DNA of 63,222 bases, filler included, from Basidiobolus ranarum (Eukaryota), in NCBI GenBank assembly GCA_040143965.1. It is 32 parts of 32 records of this genome, joined end to end, with 100 filler letters (N's around TTAATTAATTAA, not from the genome) between each part and the next. Parts side by side here need not be neighbours in the genome. Positions count along the whole stretch, not along the records: positions 49,515 to 51,388 come from JASJQH010004174.1; positions 51,489 to 53,361 come from JASJQH010004175.1; positions 53,462 to 55,334 come from JASJQH010004176.1; positions 55,435 to 57,306 come from JASJQH010004177.1; positions 57,407 to 59,278 come from JASJQH010004178.1; positions 59,379 to 61,250 come from JASJQH010004179.1; positions 61,351 to 63,222 come from JASJQH010004180.1; 25 more parts are not named here. The stretch is one strand, 5' to 3'. Below, in pieces: positions 49,515 to 61,573 of this stretch. Positions within the stretch are counted from its first letter, which is position 1. Every line of letters begins with the position of its first letter. Made by a program: the position numbers and the translations under genes. Below the pieces are notes generated by a model. The model had not been told where the DNA came from. It saw only the letters and a list, made by a program, of their open reading frames with translations, and did no database searches.

Positions 49515-51388
49515 GGAGAGTTCAATCTAATCTTAGCAACCAGGTGTTTATTGGTTTTCTTACACTATTACCACAGTTGATTGGCAACTGTTGCTTGCCC
49601 CAGACCTGATACAAGTGGAAAACACTTGTCAATTGTATTATTTATAATCCTTTGGTAGTTAAACTGCCTTCATGTCCAAATGGTTATTTGGCTTTCACTG
49701 GTGATCTGAAAAACCTGAAGTCATGTACTGTTAACACACAATTGGCAATCACTGAATCAGGTAAATTGCAATCATATTTGGCTTACATACCATTGATTCC
49801 CCATCTTAAAGTTTTGATGATATCACCCAAATATAAATCATTGATCCAATACCAAAGTACTCACTGTAAAGCTGCTGGTTTTACCAATATACTTGATGGA
49901 TATCACTACCTGAATCTGAAATGTCAAGGTTTCTTAGAGAACACATATGATCATGCATTTGCATTGGCTCTGGATGGTTTCTCACTAAACAAATATACCA
50001 TTGGAAAGGCTTGCTGGACAATAGTTTTAATCAACTTAAATCTTCCACCTTTTGAATGATATAAGAGTCATAATATTTTGATACTATCCATCATATCTCA
50101 ACCTAAATCACCAGTGCTTGTAGATAGCTTCTTGGAGCCTTTGATTGCAGAATTTAAACGGTTATCTAATGAGGTTCAGATGGGTGAATATTTTATTAAA
50201 GCTAATATAATTTTATGTATTGGTGACACTCCTGCCATCAGTAAACTTGGAGGATTTTGCAGGCACAATGCACTATCTTGCTGCAGATTTTGTCAAATTA
50301 ATGGAGTTTATTCTATCAGTCATATGAATTACTATTATCCAAATAGAACACTAAACTCTAAGATTTTACCATCAAGAGCCTGGTCAGATTTCAACGCAAT
50401 CACTGATATCAATTCACCAAATAGTCAGTCTGACATCAAACTTGGAATTAGCTATAAGCCTAAGATTATGTTGCTAAAGGGCATTGGCTGGAGCCAGAGC
50501 TTCCCATCAGGCACTATGCACTTACTATTCAAGAACATTCTGATACTACTTACTCAGCTATGTAGTGGAAAATTCAATATGAGTGAGACATTCAAGATAG
50601 TATCAAAGTTTGAATTGAAAGGGAAAATGCTTGAAAACAACAAGATAACATCATATTTTACCAGGACTCCCATCAATATCCACTCATCTATGCATTTATT
50701 CAAATACAAGGACTGGAAATCTTGGATTTGTATATATTCAAGTAAAATTTTGAAAAGATTTCTGCCTGATAAGTATTGGCAACTTTGGGAGTTGTGTGTG
50801 GATATTGTTAATATATTCTGGCAATATTCTGGGAGTTCCCAATGGAGCACACCTGTGGTGAAATGATGCTCCATGTGATATTGTCAGCATTACCATATGC
50901 TAATCTGATTAACAATGCATCAGCTAAATCAGTGATGGATGTAATGCAATGGGTTAAGGAGACTCCAGCGTATATTAACCTGCCAACAAAGGGATCTTTT
51001 CAATGTGCTCACAGGTTTTTGCATTGTTTGAGCACAATAACTACAACAAAGCCCAATCCATGGACACAGAGTAAGTACCTGTATAATTGGACCAATTTGC
51101 TTATGTGGTAATCTGACGTTACTTTTAGGAAAGCCGCAAGACAAACTTCTTGGTGAGATAAATCAAGATACTTAGTATTATTGTATGAGCCATGGGGTAA
51201 TCTATTCTAGCAATGACACATATACTTGTGGCAGGACATTTGTTGACTGCAAGTTGGGGATATATTGGCGGAATTCTTTATGGAAATTTGCTAAAATCCA
51301 AGAGCTTATTCTCATTGTGAACAGTAACAAGAGTCAGCTATTTGCCAAGTGTCAGTGCTGTTCAAAATTTCAGATGTTTAGCAATTTT
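49515..51388 (+). mobile_element. CMC/EnSpm Transposase_21 (Tnp2-type) pseudogene, best-preserved copy
   Basis: ALDGF, NLNLPP, DSFLEPLIAEF, IGDTPAISKLGGFCRHNALSCCRFC, MHLLF, WEFPME. Confidence 0.93.
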
Positions 51389-51888
51389 NNNNNNNNNNNN
51401 NNNNNNNNNNNNNNNNNNNNNNNNNNNNNNNNTTAATTAATTAANNNNNNNNNNNNNNNNNNNNNNNNNNNNNNNNNNNNNNNNNNNNTAACTGGTGTTG
51501 ATCAGATTGAGGTCTGATCAAGGAATACATGGGGCTTATATATATATTGCAAGGTGAAACATAATATACTGAATAGGGAATATAATGTGGCAAGTTCAAG
51601 AATTAGGGTATTAGGGACTACAAGGACCAATACAAAGAGGGATGATGTAAGGATGATGAGGTGACCTTCCATGGAAGGTCTTGGCGGAAATATACTATGT
51701 GCTGGATGACATGATTGGTTAGGTTTCATGGAATGTTTCAAAGCACATGACTTCCATATAAGGTAATCTGGATGAACTAACACCAGTTTGCCAAGAAGGG
51801 ATGGCACAGCAGATATGATGTCATAATCTATTAATAGAAGAGTTCTATTTGCAGTGGATCAGTATGCCAAGATCAGAATCATCACAGG

Positions 51889-52205
51889 TGTTGGATGATT
51901 AATCTTTATTCAACTCAATAGTTAACTGTAGTTATGATACATATATCAGAAACAGAAAGCCATGTGTCTATAGCCCCTATATTCTAAATAAAAATATCTC
52001 TATATCTCTATAACAAGTATGTCTTATTACCCCCACTTATATATTATAACTTATTACACAAACTCCAGAATATCTCAAACTATTGATTTACTTTTCTACT
52101 CTATAAGTCACTATATACTCTTAAGAAAAAAGTAACTAAAATACATCGTCATAAGTTGCTTCTAATACCCAAAGTCTATCCCCATTATGTCAAGATCCTC
52201 CTAGA
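51889..52205 (+). repeat. LTR family B
   Basis: Full-length reverse match to 9977-10292. Confidence 0.85.
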
Positions 52206-53205
52206 AAATCAGCTGTCAAATATGGCATCAAAGATTAGGCAACATTGGGGAATAACAACTGACCCAAATGCTCAAAAATCAGCTTGTTTCAGGCTTAGAA
52301 ATGTAAATTCACAAAATTGGATCTGTGTGAAGATTGAATATATGGAAAACTTTGCAGAAAGCTATTATCAAGTTCTGGAGTGATCAAATCCACTGAGATT
52401 TTTGACCTGATTTATTTTGACCTATGTGAGCCCATGAGAAGTGTCTCACTAGGTGGGAAAAGGTACTTAATGATCCTTACTGATGAAAAAACAAGATACT
52501 CTTGGGTATTCTTTCTCATAGCAGAACATGAAGCCTTAGCGGCATTGAAGCACTACCAAGCAATGGTTGAGAAAGAATCGGCACAAGAAATAAGGGTACT
52601 ACAGTGTGAAAATGGTGGAGAAAACTGCACTGAGGACTTTTCTAGTTTTTGCTTCAAATATGGAATGAAGCCACAAACTGCTGTACCTTATACTTCACAG
52701 CAAAATGGAGTTGCAGAATGTGCTAATAGGACCATAGTAGAGATGGTGCAATCAAGGTTACATTGTCAAAAATTAGATTACCAATATTGTGCTGAATCTG
52801 TCTCCTCTGTAGTCAATATCAAAAACAGAAGCTCAACAAGATTGCTACAAAATTCTACCCCATCTGAAACACTATAAGGATCAAAACCAAATGTGGATCA
52901 TCTTAGGATATTTGGTTACACATATATTTCCTATTTCCCACACAAACATGTTCTAAATTGGAACCCAAGAGTACAAAATGCACATTTTGTGGTTACTGTG
53001 ATGGATCTAAGGCCTACAGACTGCTTGATACCACAAATCAAAAGTTAATTAAGTGCAGAGATGCAATTTGTGATGGAAAAGCAAGTTTTTTACCATAAAT
53101 CAAATTTCTTGATCCAGAATACACAATCAGCACAATTCAGGAAATGTCTGCAAAATTTCCAGCAGTGTTTGAGCCCTATTCAACCAAAATTCCATTCTCA
53201 ATTGC
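52206..53205 (+). mobile_element. Copia integrase remnant
   Basis: DLIYFDLCEPM, ENGGE, PYTSQQNGVAECANRTIVEM. Confidence 0.92.
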
Positions 53206-53361
53206 CCCTAACAGAAATTTGAGGATTGTTATTGTAGGAAAACCGTCACAATTTTAATCCATTTGGGATTGACCGTTTACTTACCGTCATAAAATCGTCA
53301 AGTTAGATTTGATTTTAATCAATTTTTTCAGTTTCAGGAGTGAAATTTCAAGATCTCGCAA
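53206..53361 (+). mobile_element. CMC left end, young CpG-retaining copy
   Basis: CCCTAACAGAAATTTGAGGATTGTTATTGTAGGAAAACCGTCAC. Confidence 0.92.
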
Positions 53362-53681
53362 NNNNNNNNNNNNNNNNNNNNNNNNNNNNNNNNNNNNNNN
53401 NNNNNTTAATTAATTAANNNNNNNNNNNNNNNNNNNNNNNNNNNNNNNNNNNNNNNNNNNNCTATTCAGTATATTATGTTTCACCTTGCAATATCTATAT
53501 AAGCCCCATGTATTCCTTAATCAGACCTCAGTCTGATCAATGCCAGTTATCAATAAAGATTCTTGCCAAAGTATCTTCCCTGTCCTGTCTTGTCTTGTCT
53601 TGTGGTCTACACCCAAGTACTCTCCTGCCTTCTAGCCTCTTGTTGTTGTTTCCAGTCCTTGTCCAGTTCCTTATTGAGACA

Positions 53682-55334
53682 TCATGTAGGAAATTTGCAG
53701 CTATTTTGCATTCCAGCTTTTTTAGTCTTCCAAGGACATCTCTTATATGTTTTTTGTGTCACATAGAGTGTTCCTGTTACAATTGTGATTATACCAGTAC
53801 CTTTATTGCAATATATAGCATCATATTTAGTCATCTTACATTGCATCAAGATATTGCCCATTGCTCTGAATCAACACATACCTGAAGTACCTTGATAACT
53901 TGATTGTTCTGAGGTATATAGTTTTTTGCAACTAGTGCTAGAAGCCCCAAACTTAGATGCTCTTAAAGGTCCTGAATCTTCCTCTGATGTAATTAGGGCT
54001 GGAATTTTTGGTTGAATTAGGCTCAGATACAGCTGGAATTTGGTCTGACACTTCCTGAATACTGCAGATGATGTTCTCTGGATCAAGAGCTGTGATGTGA
54101 AAAGAAAAATTTGCTGTTTAATCCAAAATCACATCTCTGCACTCAATTAACTTCTGCTTTTTAGTACCAATAGTCTGTAGGCTTTAGATCCAACACAGTA
54201 ACCAAGAATTAGGCATCTACTGCTTTTGGGTACCAATTTAGAACATTTTTGAGCTACAATTAGGCAATATGCTGCTAAACCAAAGATCCTGAGATGATCC
54301 ACATTTGGTATTGATCCTTATAGGGCTTCAAATGGAGTAGAATTTGTAGCAATCTTGTTGGGAATTTGTTTTTGATATAGAGTGCAGTGGAGGTAGATTC
54401 TGCCCAGTATTGGAAATCTAACTCTTGATCATATAACGTGGATCTTGCCATTTCCACTATGGACCTATTAGCATGTTCTGCAACCCCATTTTGCTGTGAA
54501 GTATAAGGTACAGTAGTCTGTTGCTTAATTTTGTGCTTAGAGCAGAAACTAGCAGAGTCTTTGCTGCAGTATTTTACACCTCTATAAATTCAACTCTACA
54601 AATTCAACCTTAACATATATGCAACTTGGTAATATTTTTAATTTTGGCCTAATCTTCCATGACCCATTTGAGAGCTTATTTCACCAGTTTTGGCTAAGTT
54701 TGCATGCTCAGAATGCAATTTGTGGATTTCTAGCTTTTATTGGTTCTGGGCTTTGATCTCAGTAGCTAATTTGGTACTATTTTGATTAGTCATAGTGCAT
54801 CCAGCCTTGCTGAAAGCAAAATTTAGTCCTTGAGTTCTAGCTTGGCTTACTCAGAGTAGATTCTTGGCTATATATGGTATATAGAGTACATCATCCAATT
54901 TTGCCAATGGTGTAGCTGAATTTTGGTCTAATTTGAACATATCTGTGCCCTTACCAACTGCATCCAGTGCATAGTCTTCACATTAGGATGTTTTACAGCT
55001 CCAAAACATGCCTGATCTGTGTTATTTTGCTCAGAATTAGATCTCCTTAACTCCTCATTCAAATGCCCAGCACTAACATATTACATTGTTATTGGTTCCA
55101 ATCTTGATTTTAGGGCATTTATGAGGTTCCCAAATTCATAAGGTAGGCTGACCAATAGTGTCATGACTAGCTCATCTTCATTTAGAGTAGCTCCAATGGA
55201 TGAGAAGCAATCTGCCATAGCATTTATTCAATTTATATGATTAGCCATAGAATTATCAGAATTCTTCTGAACTGAGAACAGCTTTCACCTAAGATATAGC
55301 CTATAAGCCAGACTTTTAATCTCATATAGTCCCT
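53682..55334 (-). mobile_element. Heavily decayed copia gag-pol
   Basis: Reverse homologue of 57964-59278 and 52380-53200. Confidence 0.88.
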
Positions 55335-55434
55335 NNNNNNNNNNNNNNNNNNNNNNNNNNNNNNNNNNNNNNNNNNNNTTAATTAATTAANNNNNNNNNN
55401 NNNNNNNNNNNNNNNNNNNNNNNNNNNNNNNNNN

Positions 55435-56546
55435 CAAGCAACACATCGGGACGAACGGGTACTGAGAAATTCTTGACACCGTGAATGAAGAAGTCAGTAA
55501 TCTCAGCCTTGGTTCCTCTACGACGAGTGTGACTGACTACTGCAGCTGGGGTAGCATCTTGAACCTCAGCGGTGGTCACAACACCAATGGCTGCGGGTCC
55601 ACCTTGCTTCTTCTCTCTGCGACGTAGAAGTTCAGCTAAGAGTTCTTGCTTGGGATCATCAAATGGATCATCAGAAGTATCAGCATAAACACCAAGCGCA
55701 TTTACGGAAGACTTGTGACCGGTGTTATAAGCTGAAGCACTGTTGGCAGAGTCAGTGATCAGGGAATCCAATCCACATGGAATGACATGGCCAACCTCTT
55801 CCATTCTGTCCATTTGCATCCACTTCTGGAACTTGCCATTGACATTCTTGCGAGAGATGACTCTGGCAGCACTGATCATAGGAGTGGTCATACCATCACC
55901 AATGAAGAAGATGACATTCTTGGCGATACGCTTCTTGAACTGGCTCTTGCGGACCTTCCACAAGGCCTCAGTCTTCTCACCATTATTGTAGTTGACGGTC
56001 ACCTTGAAGTCACCAGAGTGACGGAAAGCTGCCTTACGCCACACCTTGGAAACGACATTGACAGGAGTGGAGGCTAACTTATCTCCACTCTGGCCCTTCC
56101 AGAAGTGAGCAGCGTCTTGGTAGTAAGTGAAGTTCCAAGATTCCAATGGAACTGGCTTCAAGCGAAGGTACTGAGCCAAAGGAACAGGCTTAGATTCGCT
56201 AATGACCTTGCCATCATTATTCAAGCGAACTTTGGAAATGGTCACCTCGAAATTAGAATTGGGTTGGCCAGCAACTCCTCCAGGAGCTGAAGCTTCATCG
56301 TGAACCTCCACTCTTACATCGAAGTTAGCACCCAAAAGCATCTCGGCACTACAAAGTCAAGAAATGGTTAATATAAGATTGTCTGAATCAAGCGTTCACT
56401 AACGTATATATGAAGTACCTAGAAGGAGGGAAGATGCATGCTTTATCTGGACAGCCGGGATGTCTGGTAAATTGTTCGGACTGAGCCTCACTACAGAAAG
56501 CACTAATAGTGGCCAAGAGGAGAAGAGACTTCGAGTTGAAAATCAT
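55435..56546 (-). CDS. Secreted alkaline phosphatase, 3'-truncated; exons 56546-56419 and 56348-<55435
   Basis: Signal peptide MIFNSKSLLLLATISAFCSEA; NVIFFIGDGM, ITDSANSASAYNTGHKS (catalytic Ser) and DATPAA. Confidence 0.95.
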
Positions 56547-57406
56547 TTCAGAGGATTTCAAAGGATGAATTGGCTTCCGGTTTGTGAGAACCAGAAAACG
56601 TGAAGGTTATTACTTATAGTTAACTGGAAATTGTGAAGTCACCAATCAAAGCAAATATTGATAGCACACCTTGATCAAGTCTTTCATAGAAAGATTCCAT
56701 TTGATTGTGAGCATTTTTATGGAAATATAAGTAACAAGATTCACTTATTTAAAATACATATAAAAGTATTCATGTACTAAAAGACGGAAAGATGGGTGTA
56801 TCATACCGCATAGGAGCGAATCTTGTGTTTTAGTCTAGTACCATTTGATGTAGTACAAAGAAATGTACATTAAAGCTCGCTATCGTACGAGGTGATAGAC
56901 AAATGAAGTTGTTACATTTGGACATGACATTGAAATATTCCACTTCAAGAGGTGTGTAGATTAAATAGTTAACATGTTGCAACCTAAAAATGAAGTGTAC
57001 TAAACGCCTTTATGCTTGCACTCGGCCATACAGGTAAAGTACGTCTTAATTGGATTCCAATCTCTTTCAGTTGGTATCCTAGTATGCAGAATTATTGTTC
57101 TGGTTGCTGTTTATCGTTAGTGTAACACTGTTGTAAGGAGACGAATAACTTTACTTATAGAGAATTAGACCTTTTCTATTCCCCTTCTATTATACTATTT
57201 TCGTTCACATTTTTGTTTCATACAGTGCTCCAGTAGGTCAATAAATATATTTTGTAGCTATAAGAAAAACTCATATCTTTGTGATATTATCATCATGAAT
57301 AAAGTTNNNNNNNNNNNNNNNNNNNNNNNNNNNNNNNNNNNNNNNNNNNNTTAATTAATTAANNNNNNNNNNNNNNNNNNNNNNNNNNNNNNNNNNNNNN
57401 NNNNNN

Positions 57407-57580
57407 TACTGTCCCACAAGAAGACTGTTGATCCAGCAACATTAATACAATGGTGGGCATTGATGGAGATATTGATACAAACTCATGTTGGGTATGAGCT
57501 AAACCTTGGGTAAGAAGAACTCAATAAAAATACTCAAGAGAATACATCAAAGAGACCAAGGATTTTGAAGGTGACAAATT
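57407..57580 (+). pseudogene. CMC ORF-A C-terminus
   Basis: ATLIQWWALMEIL...GFEGDK region homologous to 40950-41110. Confidence 0.8.
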
Positions 57581-59278
57581 TGTTGAAATTAGGTAAATAG
57601 CAACTCATTATTTAGTAGTAAGTTTATTCAAATTCTGATTATTTAGCACTCAATTCTGTCATTCAAAAATGTGTGTTTATTGCTCTAATTGATAGAAACT
57701 TCAATTAGATCACTTTCACCTATTTTCACCATTTTCTCAAAACCTCTCCAAATCACCTCATATTTTCACCCATGCTTAACAGGCATGTTGGTCATGATCC
57801 AAGCATGTCCAATAGTTCTATTACATAGTAAACTATAAGTAGGACATATTCAATTCAACAAAACTTAACTGTCTAATTCACAAATCCAAATCTTGTCCAA
57901 AACACTTCCAAATCCCCTAAACACCTTTATCAGGTTAAGAGCCCCAAGCTAGCTGTTAAAGGAATGTCTACCAGTACTATTACCAGCATTTTTGCATCCA
58001 CAGAGAAGTTTGATGGTGAAGACTTTTACCTTTGGAAGTTAAATATGCAAATGGTGCTTGAAGACAAGGACCTTTGGGGATTTGTTGCAGGCAAGGAAAT
58101 GGAGCCAAAGGGACCACCAGAAGCTGTTCTTGCCTTTCACAAGAAGCAGAGGAAAGCACTCTCTACTCTTTGTCTACATCTCAGGGATTCTCAATTGAGG
58201 CACATTTATTCAGCCAAAAATGTCTAAAATGCTTGGGAGACACTTGAGGGACTATATTAAACTAAACTCTGGCTGATAGGCTATATCTTAGGCAAAAATT
58301 ATTCTCAATTCAGATGAATGTTGATGATTCTTTGCCTAATCATTTAAATCAGATAAAAACTATGGCAGATCAACTCTCATCCATTGAAGCATCTCTAAAT
58401 GGAGATAACTTAGTCATGACACTACTTGGGCACCTGCAAGACAAGTTTGGGAACCTCATAATTGCCCTAGAATCAAGATCAGAGCCATTAAAATGGAATA
58501 TGTTGGTGGTAGGCTTTTGAATGATGAATTAAGGAGATCTGATTCTCAGCAAAATAATGCAGAACAGGCATTTTTTGGAGCTGTAAAACATCCAGCAGGC
58601 TTCAATAATGGTGCCCCTATTAAGAAGTTAATCATCCACAAGTATTGCAAGCAACCTGGCCTTTTAATCAAAGATTGCAGAAAATGGATTTTTGCAAAAA
58701 AACTATAATTGGAACAAGCAATTCAAGTAAGCACTGATAGAGATCATCTATTTGTGTCTGCCCTATCAGTAACCACTAAAGAAGACTCGGAAATGTGGTA
58801 CCTTGATTCAGGAGCTTCCCAGCATATGTCAAACAGGAAAGATTGGTTTTCCATCTGAAAACCAATCCAAACAAGGAAAGTCTACTTAGGTAATGACTAT
58901 GCACTGGATGCAGTTGGTAAGAGTACTGCTTTACTCAATTTATACCAAAATTCAGCTACACCATTTGCCAAATCAGATGATGTACTCAATCTAAAAATAT
59001 AGCCAAGAATCTACTCTCAGTATGCCAAGCAACAATCAAGGATTAAATTTCATGCTCAGTCAGGTTGGATGCACTATCCCTGAGCAGAATAGTACCAAAG
59101 TAGCTACTGGGATTAAAAGTCAAATCTTATACAAGCTAGAAATCAACAAGTTGCATTCTGAGCATGCAAACATGGCCAAAACTGGTGAATTAAGTTGTCA
59201 AATGAGGCTTAGAAGAGTTGGCCATATTAGGGAACAAAAAATGACCCAAATGATCCAAAATTAGCCTGTATCAGGGTT
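57581..59278 (+). mobile_element. Copia element 5' half: LTR family E (57581-57932), PBS (57933-57944), gag (ATG 57964), protease
   Basis: TGTTGAAA..TATCA|GGTTAAGAGCCC; EKFDGEDFYLWKLNMQMVLEDKDLW; WYLDSGASQHM. Confidence 0.93.
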
Positions 59279-59742
59279 NNNNNNNNNNNNNNNNNNNNNN
59301 NNNNNNNNNNNNNNNNNNNNNNTTAATTAATTAANNNNNNNNNNNNNNNNNNNNNNNNNNNNNNNNNNNNNNNNNNNNGGTTGAAGTTTGTCAACTGGAA
59401 CTAGGCGAAAGGTGGAACAATCCTAGTTCGTCAGTTCCTTTTTGTACATCATTATCACAAATTTTCATGAATTCCTTGCAATCATTGGTTAATCATTGCT
59501 CTATCAGATTCACCACAAAAATAGCATTTTATGGTTGGTATTTGGATGCTTGGATGCAACCCCACACTGGATAAACAAAACTAGATAAATCGAACACGAT
59601 GGTGTGGCTAATTTATTATTTGGTTGAGTGGCAAATATTCTACGTTGAAGTTCTATTCGAAAGCACGAGTCGAGGAAGGTTAAGGACATCTCTACCCGGA
59701 TTTTAAGATAATAATACATAGGGAGGAGGAGGCAGCAGCTTG

Positions 59743-61130
59743 TTACATAGTTTTTATCTTCTTTGTTCTAGGAAGGAAGAGGCCTAGTCCAGTATAGGTT
59801 CCTATCGCAATAACCACAAGCAAGGTCACTAAATTGGTGATGCATATGATCCGAATGACTAGATGGTCAAAATACGGGCAATCTGCATAGTGATAATTCC
59901 AAGCTATATCCAAAGGTTAACCAACTTTCATTTACAAGATGGATCTGAAATTACTTACCGCCGGTTGAGGTTTTGTATACTTCCAGTAATCCCAAATTAC
60001 CACCATAATCACCCATGATGGAGCGAATGGTAAGCTCTAGAGTGACTGAGGTAAGATTTCTTTCAATATTATAGAGGTATTCTGAGTGGTTGTAAGGGAT
60101 TGTGGTAAGGTTGTATTCTACATCTATTGACAGATCCGGGACACCATCCTTCTCCTCAATTTCTACAGGGATTTCCTGTTCAGAGGTTATCGATTCGTGC
60201 TCCTCTGCATTGGGTGTTTCAAGACACGTCGATTCTTCTATTGGTGAAGTTGAATCTTGTGTATGTTCAAGAATGTTGTCCGAATCGACATATTCCTCAG
60301 TCAAGTCAACAAATCTTTGGGTAGAATCACTCTTTACTTCTGCTTCAATTTGACTTTCCGTATGCTGTGTATGAGTCTCCGATTCTGTGACTGAGGGCTC
60401 TTGGGTGAGGTTGTCTAATTCATTTTCGTTTGGAGATATTTTTGGTTCATCTTCATCTATCCTTAGCTCTTCAACATGGATCTCAGGATTGATCGGATCG
60501 TTGTCCATTATTTGAGGGGCTACGTTAACAAGATGTATGGAGGCGCAGCCGTGGTGATCATGTCCAGTCACAATGATACTAGGCTTTAGTTGGATTAGGA
60601 TATAGGCGCTGACTTCTGATGACAACATATTCTGCTCAACTATATGACCAGAGCTAAATATTTCAGTTTAATAAATATTAGATGGTGAGTGTTGTCGTAT
60701 ATAAAGAACTGGGGGCTTACCCATCGGTATCGGTCATAGGTTTGTCAACACACCATTGAACTTCTTTATGTAGAGGTACGTGTGTCAGTAAAATCAGAGG
60801 TATCGGGTTCTGTTCTTGCTCGTCAACTACTGACTTGAGAAATTCCCATGTCTCTCGACGAAGATCCTATTGTTCAAGTTAGGTCAGTCTTGAGTTTACG
60901 CTGTAAGTTCGTGCTAAAATAAATGCCTTATCGCTTGAGGAATCCAAGTTCATGGAGTTGAGGATAACTACTCGATGATGTTCGATATCGAACTCGTCAT
61001 ACAATGAAAACCAATGGTTCACTTCGCCGAAAGATTTCTTGAATCTATCTACACGATGTTTGGTCATATCCGAACCATAGCCAATGTCATGATTACCAGG
61101 CAAGTAAATTGTCTTAAATTTGTCATTTTG
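59743..61130 (-). CDS. TED1: Ted1-type ER metallophosphoesterase (GPI remodelling), 5'-truncated, four exons visible
   Basis: LPGNHDIGYG, ILLTHVPLHK, IVTGHDHHGC and ELTIRSIMGDYGGNLGLL; C-terminal TM helix and KKIKTM* ER-retrieval signal. Confidence 0.85.
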
Positions 61131-61573
61131 CTAATGATCATGAAAAGCCCCGAGGACGAGGAGAGATAGTTTAGACAGGTTTGGGTTTTCAATTTTCATA
61201 TGAATGCTTTCGGTAAACTATGCAACAGAAGATATTCTTCCCAGAAATAANNNNNNNNNNNNNNNNNNNNNNNNNNNNNNNNNNNNNNNNNNNNTTAATT
61301 AATTAANNNNNNNNNNNNNNNNNNNNNNNNNNNNNNNNNNNNNNNNNNNNATTCAGTATATTATGTTTCACCTTGCAATATCCATATAAGCCCCATGTAT
61401 TCCTTGATCAGACTGAGGTCTGATCAATGCCAGTTATCAATAAAGATTCTTGCCAAAGTATCTTCCTTGTCCAGTCTTGTCTTGTCTTTTCTTGTGGTCT
61501 ACACTCAAGTACTCTCCTGCCTTCTGGCCTCTTGTTGTTGTTCCCAGTCCTTGTCCAGTTTCTTATTGTGACA

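Noticed and set aside
53508-53885. Hydrophobic ORFs (LVLSCGL..LLLLFPVLVQFLI), also at 39675 and 61427
   Set aside because: Translations of the pyrimidine-rich end of LTR family D running into unrelated flanks.
55743-56290. Plus-strand ORFs over the alkaline phosphatase
   Set aside because: Antisense shadows of a well-supported gene.
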